Part shown: piece by piece, positions 1-11,934 of the stretch
Numbering within the stretch: position 1 is the stretch's first letter
Layout of the letters: every line of letters begins with the position of its first letter
Source: Octopus sinensis
Lineage: Eukaryota
Length of the DNA: 64,000 bases
Direction of reading: 5' to 3'
NCBI RefSeq assembly: GCF_006345805.1
Contig: NC_043007.1
Location: 65,844,001 to 65,908,000, forward strand
The notes under the pieces: model-generated
The model's input: the letters and a program-made list of their open reading frames with translations, nothing else
The model's database searches: none
What the model was told of the DNA's origin: nothing
Position numbers and translations under genes: made by a program

Positions 1-164
1 AGTGGGAAAAAATTAAATAGTCATAGACCATTTTAAGTTCAACATCACAATCCAGGAACGGCCATAATAGGCCCACCCACTAGAAATAGCAGCCAAAAGC
101 TTTAACCGCAAAATAACATCAATTCCGTAAACCAGGAGAAAATTAAAAAAACATTTACCCTGTA

Positions 165-271
165 ATTTCTTATACGATGCACCGTTTCATCTACTGTTTA
201 ATGGTAAACTAACCTGATTAAATTAAATCAAGCCAATCTACCATAGGCCCTTAGATTCATCAGTAAGAAAT
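165..271 (-). ncRNA. Type I hammerhead ribozyme, mirror copy in the left palindrome arm
   Basis: Exact reverse complement of 568-674. Confidence 0.85.
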
Positions 272-567
272 AGCCAAGTCGGAACAGATATTTTTCACGA
301 GGCATTCCCGTCCCTGCCTCGGCAATATCTGACCTAAAATTTTCAAATCATCGCACTCGCGCCAAATTTATCGGCAGCAAATAAATATAAGCCGCCGATT
401 CCATTACGGAATTAACCAGAAAATTCATAATTAATCAATATAGGCGGCTTATATTTATTTGCTGCCGATAAATTTGGCGCGAGTGCGATGATTTGAAAAT
501 TTTAGGTCAGATATTGCCGAGGCAGGGACGGGAATGCCTCGTGAAAAATATCTGTTCCGACTTGGCT

Positions 568-674
568 ATTTCTTACTGATGAATCTAAGGGCCTATGGTA
601 GATTGGCTTGATTTAATTTAATCAGGTTAGTTTACCATTAAACAGTAGATGAAACGGTGCATCGTATAAGAAAT
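568..674 (+). ncRNA. Type I hammerhead ribozyme, intact core
   Basis: Stem I ATTTCTTA 568-575 / TAAGAAAT 667-674; CTGATGA 576-582; stem II ATCTA 583-587 / TAGAT 646-650 with a 19-bp extension (595-613 / 620-638, five G-U pairs); GAAA 651-654; palindromic stem III ACGGTGCATCGT 654-665; GUA cleavage triplet, cut after 666. Confidence 0.88.
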
Positions 675-787
675 TACAGGGAAATGTTTTAATTTTCTCC
701 TGGTTTACGGAATTGATGTTATTTTGCGGTTAAGCTTTTGGCTGCTATTTCTAGTGGGTGAATGGCCTATATGGCCGTTCCTGGATT

Positions 788-790
<3 letters not shown>

Positions 791-838
<48 letters not shown>

Positions 839-1143
839 TATATATATATTATATATTATATATATATACATATATATATATATGTATTTTAATATATGTG
901 TGTGGATGTATGCATATATAATCGTAAATCTGGTGTAATGAATTGAATAATTTATTACCAGTGGTTAGCATGTCATAAATAAAAGTAAAAAGATATAACA
1001 TACTTTTAAACTTATAAGAGTGTATAAAAATTTTTATACACAAAGATGAGACCATTGACAGGGCTCCTTACTTGATAGATATACCACATTTATAAATATA
1101 CGCATATCCATACATGTATATATAATATATATATATATTATAT

Positions 1144-1176
<33 letters not shown>

Positions 1177-1202
1177 TATATAATATATATATGATAGTGT
1201 GG

Positions 1203-1241
<39 letters not shown>

Positions 1242-1329
1242 ATATACATGTATGGATATGTATACATATATGTATGTATTTATGAATACACATACACACT
1301 CACATACATGCTTATATATATATAAATAC

Positions 1330-1379
<50 letters not shown>

Positions 1380-1380
1380 A
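791..1380. repeat. Compound (AT)n, (GT)n and (GA)n microsatellites
   Basis: Directly visible; source of the [12 protein letters not shown] ORFs. Confidence 0.95.
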
Positions 1381-2156
1381 AGAAAAAAAAAGAGATTGAC
1401 ACCGTCTTCAAGTTTCTCTAGCACCATTGACACTACTGGAAAAACAAAAAGAAGTAGCCATAGTGAATGGGTTATTTATTATTGTTGTTTTTCTGGTTTA
1501 TGTAGTTGTTCTCATGGCTTTTTATTCGGAATAATGTTCCGAGACAACCTTATCCAGTTATCAGTTTCTCTTTTAAAAACAGAATGGTTTACTTAGAGAA
1601 GGGTTTAGTTGCTTAGTTGTATAGAAGTTTCTTCGTTTAATATGTGGGTTGTTGCAGTAGGAAGCCGGGCATGAATATATCAAATTATGCTCAGACCAAT
1701 GAGTTAGAAATCAAGCAACAAAATATCTCCGTTAATGGCGCCAAAGGGGTCAGCTAGTAGCGTTAAACCGGGCAACAGATTAGGCCTGACAGCCAAGGAT
1801 TAATTAATTACATTTGAAAGGATTAGAGTGTAAGAGATATATTAGGAGAAGCTGGGTCAAAAGTCTTTTGAGATAGAATTTCAGTGCTGGATGTCCATCA
1901 TCTAAACCGTATAATACTGACACACTCCAACACTCTCACATGCTAACATGCTAACTTCTTATATTACATACGAGGACACGCTTCCTCTTAATCTCTCTTT
2001 CCCTTCCCACACAGACGCATTTAAAAGCGAAATTTTTTAATGCTAAGGAATGAGTTGGACAACCAGAAACAGTACTGATATCAATATAGTCATGTAGATA
2101 CAATACTGCGAAGAGTGAATTAATGTCTTCATGTAAGTGATATTACAAATAGCAGT

Positions 2157-2720
2157 TAAGGTAGCGAGCTGGCAGAATCGTTTGCATGCTGAGCAAAATG
2201 TTTAGCGGTACTTCGTCCGTCTTTACGTTCTGAGTTCAAATACCGCCGAGGTCAACTTTGCCTTTCATCCTTTCGGGGTCGATAAATTAAGTACTAGTTG
2301 AACAATGAGGTTGATGTAATCGACTTACACCCACCTCCGAAACTGCTGGCCTCGAGCTAAAATTGGAAACCGATATTACTGATACCAGTAAGGTGAGAAG
2401 CTGGCAGACTCGTTCTGAGTTCAAATACCACCGCTTTCGACTTTGTCTTTCAGCCTTTTGGTACCGATAAGTAGTACCTGTTAAACACGGGAATCGATGT
2501 AATCGATTAACTCACCACTCTTCACAAAACTTCAGGCCTCGTGCTTATAGTAGAAATGATATCAGAAATACAAGTTAGAGAACAGGCTGGCAGAATCTTT
2601 AGCGCACCGGACAAAATGCTTAACGACATTTTGTTCGTCTTTACATTCAAAGTCCAAATTCTCCGAGGTCGACTTGGCCCTTTATCTTTGAAGGTTTTAG
2701 GCGAACGATTCGACCCCAGT
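2157..2720 (+). mobile_element. Cluster of partial SINE family B copies (tRNA-derived head, Meta-like central domain)
   Basis: Repeated GAGCTGGCAGAATCG...GTTCTGAGTTCAAAT (B box)...GACTTTGCCTTTCATCCTTTCGGGGTCGATAAA motif, seen in many copies across the window. The Meta-domain label is from recall. Confidence 0.85.
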
Positions 2721-2832
2721 ACTTATTTTCTAAAAATCGGTTACTTATTCTATCGGTCACTTTCATCAAACTGCTAGATTACAGGGGTATAAAACAATAT
2801 CGGTTGTCAAGCGGTGGTCGGAGGACAAACAG

Positions 2833-2873
<41 letters not shown>

Positions 2874-3080
2874 ACACACACACACACACACACAGATAGA
2901 CAAATAGATCAGTTAGATACAGCGGGCCTCTTTCCAGTTTCCGTCAACCAAATCCACTCACGAAGTTTTGATCGGCTAGAGTAGAATACATTTTCTCAAA
3001 GTACCACGGAATGAGACTGAACCGAGACCATGTTTTTGGGAAACAAATTCTTTACGATACAGTCACGTCTGCACCTACAA
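2700..3080 (-). mobile_element. SINE family A (tRNA head, internal microsatellite)
   Basis: Matches the many copies with ACCAAATCCACTCACAAGGC, TTGTCAAGCG and GAACCGCTAAG segments and an internal (CA)n. Confidence 0.85.
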
Positions 3081-3293
3081 GAGGAAGTGCTGTAAAGTTC
3101 CTGGCTTTAAGAGCTTTAAAGCTTTAAGTGTCTTGCGAAAGGCCTGGTCGGAAGTTCTTCTACAGAGCTTAGAAAAGCTGAAGGACCGCTGAAATAAATG
3201 TGTTAATGTCAAAGAGGAATATAGTGAATAAAATCATAATTAACTGTTCCTTTCGGCACCCCTCATACATACTCATACATTTGTGTGTGTGTG

Positions 3294-3362
<69 letters not shown>

Positions 3363-3381
3363 ATTATATATATATATATTA

Positions 3382-3426
<45 letters not shown>

Positions 3427-3489
3427 TATATACACACATATATATAGTTCAACTTCACAAAAAGCAAACGACGAAGACAGCTGAGAAAA

Positions 3490-3575
3490 CAACAGCCAAG
3501 GTTATTAGTTTTGACGCTCGGGAAGAATGGGAACGTCTTTGATGTTTCGAGCCTACGCTCTACGACAGAAAGGGT
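3490..3575 (-). mobile_element. Short element with decayed minimal HHR (family also at 22060 and 59215)
   Basis: Minus strand reads CTTT-CTGTCGT-A-GAGC GTAG GCTC-GAAAC-A-TC-AAAG, then GAGCGTCAAAACTAATA, which is shared with the other copies. Confidence 0.5.
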
Positions 3576-3619
3576 TGAGGGGGAAAATGGAGAGAATATA
3601 TATACACACACACACACAT

Positions 3620-3678
<59 letters not shown>

Positions 3679-4540
3679 CATACATACATACATACAACAT
3701 ACATACATACATACATACACCGGGTTTCAGCACTGTTTCTGTCTATCAAATTCTATTCCACACAAGCGTTTATCAATTCAGCACTAGAATATATTTGTCT
3801 TAAGTACTGAACAGGGGATTCGAACTTGGAACAAGGTGTTTGATGAGTAAACTTGTTAACCACGCTACTAAGGCTGCACCAAACCTACGTACATATTATT
3901 TTTTTTTAAAATTCAAACATATCGGGATCTAATATTTAAAAATAAAAAGCAAAACTTTAACCGAACCACAGACAATGCTTTACAAACTAGTCCATTGCTT
4001 TTATTTTATTTTATTTATTTTATTTATTTATTTATTTATTTATTGCTACGGTGAAATGTGACTGAGATTATCAGTTCGAGTTGAAACGAAGTTCCATTAT
4101 ACGTCATGTCACGTTTAGAAGATGGATGAAAGCTTGCTCTGGTCAGGTCGGCGAATTTACATGAGAAGGAGTAATTGAAAAATATTGTCCTAATACACTG
4201 GGGAATATGCAAGGAGGGGCTCTTTAGGAAAACAAATAAATAAAATAATTCAAATAAATAAATAAATATCATCATCATCATCAACATCAACAAAATTGCA
4301 ATTATTATGTGTGTGAGTCTTTAAATGTTTTCTTAAATGTGTGAGTGTTTCTTTGACCGTCTGTAAGGAGATACGTATATGTGCAGAATATATGTGTGTA
4401 CGTGTACATGTGCGTCTATGAGTGTACATTCATAAATATGTATACGCATATACACCCTATACATATATAAATATATAGTCGTATATATATATATGTACGT
4501 ATGTGTGTACGTATACATACATACATGCATACATATATAC

Positions 4541-4593
<53 letters not shown>

Positions 4594-5279
4594 TGTGTGT
4601 ATGTGTGTGTCCATCTATATTTACGAGTGCAGCTGGACCCTATAAACATAGGAGGAATCGCTTAGAACCACAGAAGACATTCTGTATATTTGTGATAAAT
4701 GTGTGTGGATACGAAACATACACACACACGCACACACACACACACATATACAAACACATAGACACACACGTACACACACACACACTCATATATGTTCTGG
4801 GTGTGTGTTTTTGTGTCTGAGTGTGTAAAGATCACGAATTAAAAATATCTAAATCATATTATTTAATTTCAGTCGAAATGAAGAACTGTCTTTTGGAAAA
4901 TGTCTGGCAGAGTGAGATATGATAATGGTACGTCAGCTTTTTGACCTAAGATGTCGCCGCCAATGCTTGACACGTCATAGGAACTGGCAGTCCAATGCGA
5001 GGAGTGAGGAATTGGAATCAGATAATTAAAACCCAATTAAAGGCGAAGCTGGTCCAACATTGTAGTCAATAACGATAGACAGAGAGATACATGCGGACAC
5101 AATCACAAATACAATATAGAATGAAATGCTTGTGTGTTAATGTGTGTGTGTGTGTATGTGTTTGTGTACACATATGCAGTTTCTTGCGCACAAGACGTAC
5201 ACCTGCACGCACGTATGTACATATACAGTATAGATATACGTATATACAGACGCATATATGTATATATGTATATATATAT

Positions 5280-5321
<42 letters not shown>

Positions 5322-5419
5322 TGTATTCTTGTTTTTATGAATGCATTTATGAATGTATCTATATGTGTAAGTATGTATATATATGTATGTATATATTACA
5401 AGCATACATAAAATGTGTC

Positions 5420-5590
5420 CGCTCAGGAGTGGCTGTGTGGTCAGAAGCTTGCTTCCCAAACACATGGTTCCGGGTTCAGTCCCACTGTGTGGCACCGTAG
5501 GCAAGTTTTTTCTACTATAGCCTCGGGTTGACCAAAGTTTTGTGAATGGATTTGGTAGACGGAGACTGAAAGAAGCCCACTGTATATACA
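5420..5590 (+). mobile_element. SINE family A, 5' half
   Basis: GGAGTGGCTGTGTGG (A box) ... GGGTTCAGTCCC (B box) ... GAAAGAAGCCC. Confidence 0.9.
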
Positions 5591-5601
5591 TACATACATA
5601 T

Positions 5602-5633
<32 letters not shown>

Positions 5634-5646
5634 ATATATAATATAT

Positions 5647-5703
<57 letters not shown>

Positions 5704-6361
5704 ATGTAAAATATACACGAGCGCACATACACACATGTAACAATCATGTACATACTCAACCACGTACTTGCCTGATTACTGTGTACGCTTGTATATATGT
5801 TTGTATGTATATGTGGATATATGTATGCTTTCCTCGTGTGTTCGTCAGTGCATGTGTTTTTGACTATATCAGTTTATTTTCCTGCTCTCTCTCTCTCTCT
5901 TTCTCACTCTCTCTTCCTCTCCCCCATCTCTCACTCTCTCTCTCTCACCTCATCCTCAGTTTCTCCTACTCTTTAAAAATACCTTTTTTTAATGGTCAGG
6001 AATTAAAACGCACATAGTTACTTAACCACATTACTCACGCACATAAACACAGGTCCACACACACCTACGCACATATATTCATGCATCTATACACACATAC
6101 ACATACGTACATAAAAACTTACGTGCACACATGTATACATATAGAAAAGAGACTGTTGAACGAAAAGACATATTCATAAGAAACCGCTAATGTTAGTCAT
6201 CGCCACAACGGGCTACCAGTTTCTCAACGTATGACGATATGCATGCATGTATGTATGTATGTATGTTTGTATGTATGTATGTATGTATGTATGTATGTAT
6301 GTATGTATGTATGTATGGATGGATGGATGTATGTATGTATGTATGGATGGATGGATGGATG

Positions 6362-6792
6362 TCATTATTCAGTTTTATTTCAAGATCTTGCCAATAGACA
6401 AAGAATCGGTTTCTAACCTAGATCCAAGGCTCCTTCATTGGAATTTCAACATCAGGGTACGTACGTACGTACGTATGTATGTATGCATGTATGTATGTGT
6501 ATGTATGTATGTATGTATGTATGTATGTATGTATGAATGTATGTATGTATGTATGTATGTATGTATGTATGTATGTATACGAGCAGATTTGTATATTTCG
6601 TTTTATGTATATCTTCTCATACGTATAGTTGCATATCTAAACATGCTCTTATATACTGAAATGATAAACTAAGTTTTACAGACTTCTATGTATGTGTGTC
6701 ATTATTCAGTTTATTTCAAGATTCTTTGCCAATAGAGCAAGAACCGGTTTCTAACCTAGATCCAAGGCTCCTTCATTGGAATTTCAACATCA
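6362..6792 (-). repeat. Two ~93-bp direct repeats (6362-6454, 6699-6792) plus a short 3' remnant of the R4-like element (about 6575-6690), all embedded in (TATG)n
   Basis: TCATTATTCAGTTT...GGAATTTCAACATCA occurs twice. 6600-6690 aligns with 7650-7745. Confidence 0.85.
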
Positions 6793-6859
6793 ACAATAGA
6801 GTATTTTTGTTTGTATGTATGTATGTATGTATGTATGTATGTATGTATGCATGTTTCAG

Positions 6860-7380
6860 TACAGATTGAGATGGAGTGGACACTTAGAATGACAGACCAC
6901 AGAATGCCTAAACGACTTTTATTTTGTGGAGAACAGGTGACAGGTAAGCATCCGTCCCATAAACCAAAGATGAGGTACAAAGATTGTCTGAAGTCGGGAT
7001 CGAATAAGATAAATATTCCAAGTGAGACGTGGGAAGATTTAGCGCATTGCTGAGAAAAGAATGTTGTGTATGAAGGCAAAAATGAATTTGAATGGGAGAG
7101 AATGGAATATGCAAAAATCAAAAGAAAGATGAGAAAAAGTGACAGGAATGATGTTTTAACAGGTATTAATGAACGTGATGATCTTACATGTGATGGATAT
7201 GGAAAGATTTGTCTTAGTAAGCCCGGGCTAAAGAGCCATAGGAAATCCCACATTGCACAGCCGCACATTGATTATAGATGGACAGATAATTTCGAATGCA
7301 TACTCTGTCATAAAGTATGCAAATCAAAAAGTGGCTTGAAAATGCATAGTAAAGTTCATGGAGCTGTAAAGCTGTAAATT
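6860..7380 (+). pseudogene. RTE-clade non-LTR retrotransposon, 3' fragment with two C2H2-like fingers
   Basis: RMPKRLLFCGE..GK..HKPKMRYKDCLK is the typical RTE C-terminal motif. Then CDGYGKICLSKPGLKSHRKSH and CILCHKVCKSKSGLKMHSKVH; in-frame stop near 7051. Confidence 0.85.
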
Positions 7381-7629
7381 ATACAATTACCAAGTTTTCT
7401 TCGACTATATGTCAAAAACCATGCAAGTCTTTGGCAGGCCTCAAAAGCCATATTCATGCAGCTCATCAATGATATTCTAGGGCTTAAAGAAGTCAGGCAA
7501 TGATCTACTTGAAATCAGGTTGGCAACCATCATGTATGTATGTATGTATGTATGTATGTATGTATGTATGTATGTATGTATGTATGTATGTATGTCTGTA
7601 TGTATGTATGTATGAATGTATGTATGTAT

Positions 7630-8388
7630 GTATGTATGTGCATATTTGCATGTTTTATGTATGTATTCTCATGCATATAGTTGCATATCTAGACATGCTC
7701 ATATGTATTTAAATGATAAACTTCTGGAAAGTTTTACAGATTTTTACAGTTCCAGTGATGGATTGGATCAGTAGTTTTTGAATTAGTTTACTCCTTTCTG
7801 GTTTTGAGAAGCCTAATTTCTCAAGATTGGTATTTATGAAGTGTGTAACATATCCCAGGTCCCCAATAATTACAGGTATAAACCTGAACTTGTAATTTGG
7901 ATTGGGTAACTGCAGATTTTTCAGTAGTTCAGTATGGGTGTTCTCTTTTTCACTGATCTTCAGCTTTATGTTAACATCCGCTGGGCAGCTAATTTCCACA
8001 ACTATGCACAGTTTCTCTTCTCTATCCCAAATCATTATATCAGGTCTGTCGTGCTTACATTTTATTGTGGTCTTCACTGGGACATTCCACCAGTATTCCT
8101 TTTTATTATGGGTAGTTATAGCTTCTACCATACTGTGGGTTCTTATATTCTGTGTCCTCAGGATTATCCTTCTGTCGGACTTCATTATAGAGTGTCCTAG
8201 CTCCAACAACATGTTTCATTGGTTGATAATAACGTGATGACATTTTCATGCAACTTCTTATGATGTAGGTGATATCTTCAGTGTGAACTCCACAGGGCCT
8301 GCATGGGTTGTTACATTTTACTGCCTTTCATGCATCTCTATCCCTTTTGTGCATAAGGTACTTGGTTGATATTTCCTGTTCCTGGATT

Positions 8389-8390
<2 letters not shown>
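7630..8390 (-). pseudogene. R4/Dong-like non-LTR retrotransposon, 3' part (CCHC plus restriction-like endonuclease)
   Basis: GIQEQEISTK..CRPCGVHTEDITYIIRSC, then YWWNVPVKT..RPDIMIWD..VEISCPADVN..IPVIIGDLG. One stop and a frameshift; 3' UTR runs into (CATA)n. Confidence 0.9.
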
Positions 8391-8430
<40 letters not shown>

Positions 8431-8435
<5 letters not shown>

Positions 8436-8698
8436 CTTTTATCTTTTACTTGTTTCAGTCATTATACTGCGGCCATGCTGGAGTACCGCCTTGAGCAGTT
8501 TTTAGTCGAATGAATCGACTCCAGTACTTATTTTTGCTCAGCCTGGTACTTATTCTATCGGTTTCTTTTGCCAAACTGCTAAGTTACAAGGACGTAAACA
8601 CACCAACACCGGTTGTCAAGCGGTGACAGGAGACAAACACATACACAAACACACACACACACACACACACACGCACATACACACACAGAGTGTGTATG

Positions 8699-8784
<86 letters not shown>

Positions 8785-9050
8785 GTAGTCTTTTATCTTT
8801 TACTTGTTTCAGTCATTATACTGCGGCCATGCTGGAGTACCGCCTTGAGCAGTTTTTAGTCGAATGAATCGACTCCAGTACTTATTTTTGCTCAGCCTGG
8901 TACTTATTCTATCGGTTTCTTTTGCCAAACTGCTAAGTTACAAGGACGTAAACACACCAACACCGGTTGTCAAGCGGTGACAGGAGACAAACACATACAC
9001 AAACACACACACACACACACACACGCACATACACACACAGAGTGTGTATG

Positions 9051-9070
<20 letters not shown>
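8431..9070 (-). repeat. Tandem duplication (period 354 bp) of a SINE A 3' half
   Basis: Copies start at 8431 and 8785, identical except for microsatellite length, and are bounded by (AT)n. Confidence 0.95.
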
Positions 9071-9098
<28 letters not shown>

Positions 9099-9517
9099 AT
9101 ATATACATATATACATACATGCATACATACATACATGCATACGTACACACATGTATATATATATATTTATCTATACATATATACATACATGCATGCATAC
9201 ATACATACATACATGCATGCATACATACATACATACATACATACATAATACATACATACATACATACATACATACATACATACATACATACATACATACA
9301 GGTGTATATACATATATACAACGGTCTTTTTCAGTTTCTGTTTGCCAAATCCATTCACAAGTCTTTGATCAGTCCGTGGCTATAGTAGAATACTCTTGCC
9401 CATGGTTCCACGCAGAAATGAACCCCGAACTATATAGTTGGGCAGAAAGCTTCTTACCACACATGCATACCTACCCATATATACAATACAGATACACATA
9501 CAAGTATCTACACACAT

Positions 9518-9561
<44 letters not shown>

Positions 9562-10016
9562 ACATACATACATGCGTATCTATGTTCGTTTATGTTTGTC
9601 AGTCTGTAGGTATCTCAATTTGTTTGTTGAGTATTTGTGTGTATACATGTGTGTATGTATGTGTGTTTAGGTGAATGATGACCATACTCACCCCTTTCTG
9701 TAATTCTGTAATCGTATATCAAACTAGCAACTTGTCAAACACTGTGACAGATTTCTCCGTTGGCCTCACGCCGATATAACATCTCTAATGTCGGCCACAT
9801 TGTCCCTATCACACATATTTTCTTTCTCTCTTTCCTCTCCCTCCCTACCCCTGCTCTCTCGCTTTTTCATTCCCTATTTCTACCATGTTGTATTTTATGT
9901 GTTCTTACTTTTTTCTCATTGTTTGCCAGTATTGACATCCCCTGTCTGTCTCTTTCTTTCTTTACCTCTCTGTCTCTCTGTTTCTGTCTGTCTGTCTCTC
10001 TCTTTGTCTCTCTTTG

Positions 10017-10047
<31 letters not shown>

Positions 10048-10319
10048 TTCCCCTGTATCTAGATATCACTACATATCTCTCTATAAGCCTATCTGCTGCT
10101 TGATAGCCGTACTGTTTCTTAATATCAACTTATAAAAGCAGATGTTACAATCATAGCCATCCATATATTTTCTAACCGTAGTGTACTGAGGATTCGATAT
10201 AAGGTAGATTTAGCTGTTATATCTAACAGCTGGAACGATCAACCACGCTGGTTCATTGTTTAAAAATCCGTTATAATATTATTCTGCTTCTCATCAGCTT
10301 TGTGCTTTCCTGTGTTACG

Positions 10320-10560
10320 TCTTAAACAGTCTTAACTATGAAACAAAATCGGAAACATAATTGAACTCCTTTGAATAATGAAACAAGTTTGAGCGTTACG
10401 CTTTAAAATGCTTAACTATGGACGAATATCGAAGACAGCCGAAATCTTTAACCTACTGAAAGAACGTCAAATGTTACTCTTTAAACAACCTTAACTATTG
10501 AAAGAAATCAAAGACATAATTGAAAACTTTAACTTAATGAATCAATATTATGAAGATTTA
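10320..10560 (+). repeat. Degenerate ~80-bp minisatellite, 3 units
   Basis: CTTAACTAT(G/T) at 10331, 10411 and 10490, each followed by a GA(A)GACA/AAACATAATTGAA-like segment. Related units at 28635-28725. Confidence 0.7.
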
Positions 10561-11934
10561 CAAATTTACGCATCAAAAGAAAAAGTAGAAAACTTCTAAA
10601 GCGGAGAATTCCCACATATCCCACAACATGTTGCTGTTGTTGTAGTTGTAGTTGTTGTTGTTGTGTAGCCTTATTTTGTTGCACGTAGGTAATGGACTAA
10701 ATGAATAAGCGCAACCTGCAGATCTGTTGTTCTATATATAACATGCTCCCACTCAACCAAGAACCATACTACACTTCCAGACATGTAATGGTTGATCATA
10801 TCGGATATTGTATATCTGTTCAGACATACACCATTTTCCTTGTCAAATCTACGTGTGCACGTCAGTTTCTCGTTGTTTGGCTTCCAGTCAGACTCAACCA
10901 AGCAGGCTCATGATGAAAAGCATCCCGGATAAAGCATTTTCTGTACTTCCGTCTCTATCTGCAGTTCAAATATACAGGACTTCATAATCCAACGTAAGTG
11001 CTTGCTTTAGAAGCGACTTAAGGTGGGAAAGTGTCTGAGTCCTTACAGCGTCGACTACAATGCCTTGCGGTGTTTGTTCCGGCTCTTAGCGCTTTGAGTT
11101 CATATCTCACTGAGATCAGCGTTGCTTTTTATCATTTTGGATTCGATAAACAAAATACCAGTCATATTATTCTCTCTCTCTCTCTCTCTCTTTCCCACCA
11201 TCCCTTCTTCCTTTCTCGATTAGAGTTGGGCTTGTTGTCCTGTGAGAAGAGTCGTGAGCAACCCACTCTCAAAACTCCTTTCTCCAGATACAAGAAACGG
11301 TTGAGTGAAGACCGAGCAACCACTTCTCATAGAAAGCACAAAAGCAAACTAATGTTCTACTTAAAACTGCCTGAGGTTTTACCAATGAGCAGCAGAACAA
11401 GAAACGGCAATAAAGAATATAAAAAAGAAGGCTCTAATTTACGAAAGGATGAAGTTGCTATTTATAGCATATCATGTGACCAGAGAAGCGGCAGTTGCAG
11501 AAAATTACATAGAGGACTCGATGCGAGAGCAACAGTTGCCGTCCTTCTTATATTACTATCTCAGCGTAACGATTTCTGTGTTTTATTTTTATATTTGTAC
11601 TGAGTAGGACAGAAAGCGTTTCACGTTGGTGTTGTAGTAGTGTCAATGAAATGATTATTAGTGTTGTGGAATGATAAGATGATGGCAGTTTCTTCGTGCC
11701 GAGGAAGGGCAGCACGCTCTCAAAAAGCTGTCTAAACTGATCCTTGTCACTGCAGTACTTTTTTCTTCGCCTGCACATTGTTGTTTTAAAATTAGAGTCA
11801 GTCTGCACAATCCGATCTAACCCAGTGTGTTAAAACGTCTGCAGTGACCAGTCAACTATAGCTTTTACATTGGAATGATCTTCTAGGTGAATTGCTTATA
11901 GGGCCGGAGTGCTCCACCTACCTTTGATGTAATT

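Larger units (their letters stand above)
44..792. repeat. Head-to-head palindrome: arms 44-396 and 443-792, 46-bp spacer
   Basis: Arms are reverse complements. The inner ~230 bp are identical; the outer left arm differs only by small indels. The right arm ends at an (AT)n tract, while the left arm continues into unique sequence. Confidence 0.97.

Noticed and set aside
10671-10901. Protein-like minus-strand ORF (RFDKENGVCLNRYTISDMINHY...)
   Set aside because: In-frame stop just upstream, weak splice signals and no family recognised; needs tblastn or RNA-seq.
11031-11603. 190-aa ORF
   Set aside because: It runs through a (CT)n tract, has no recognisable motif and starts at GTG.
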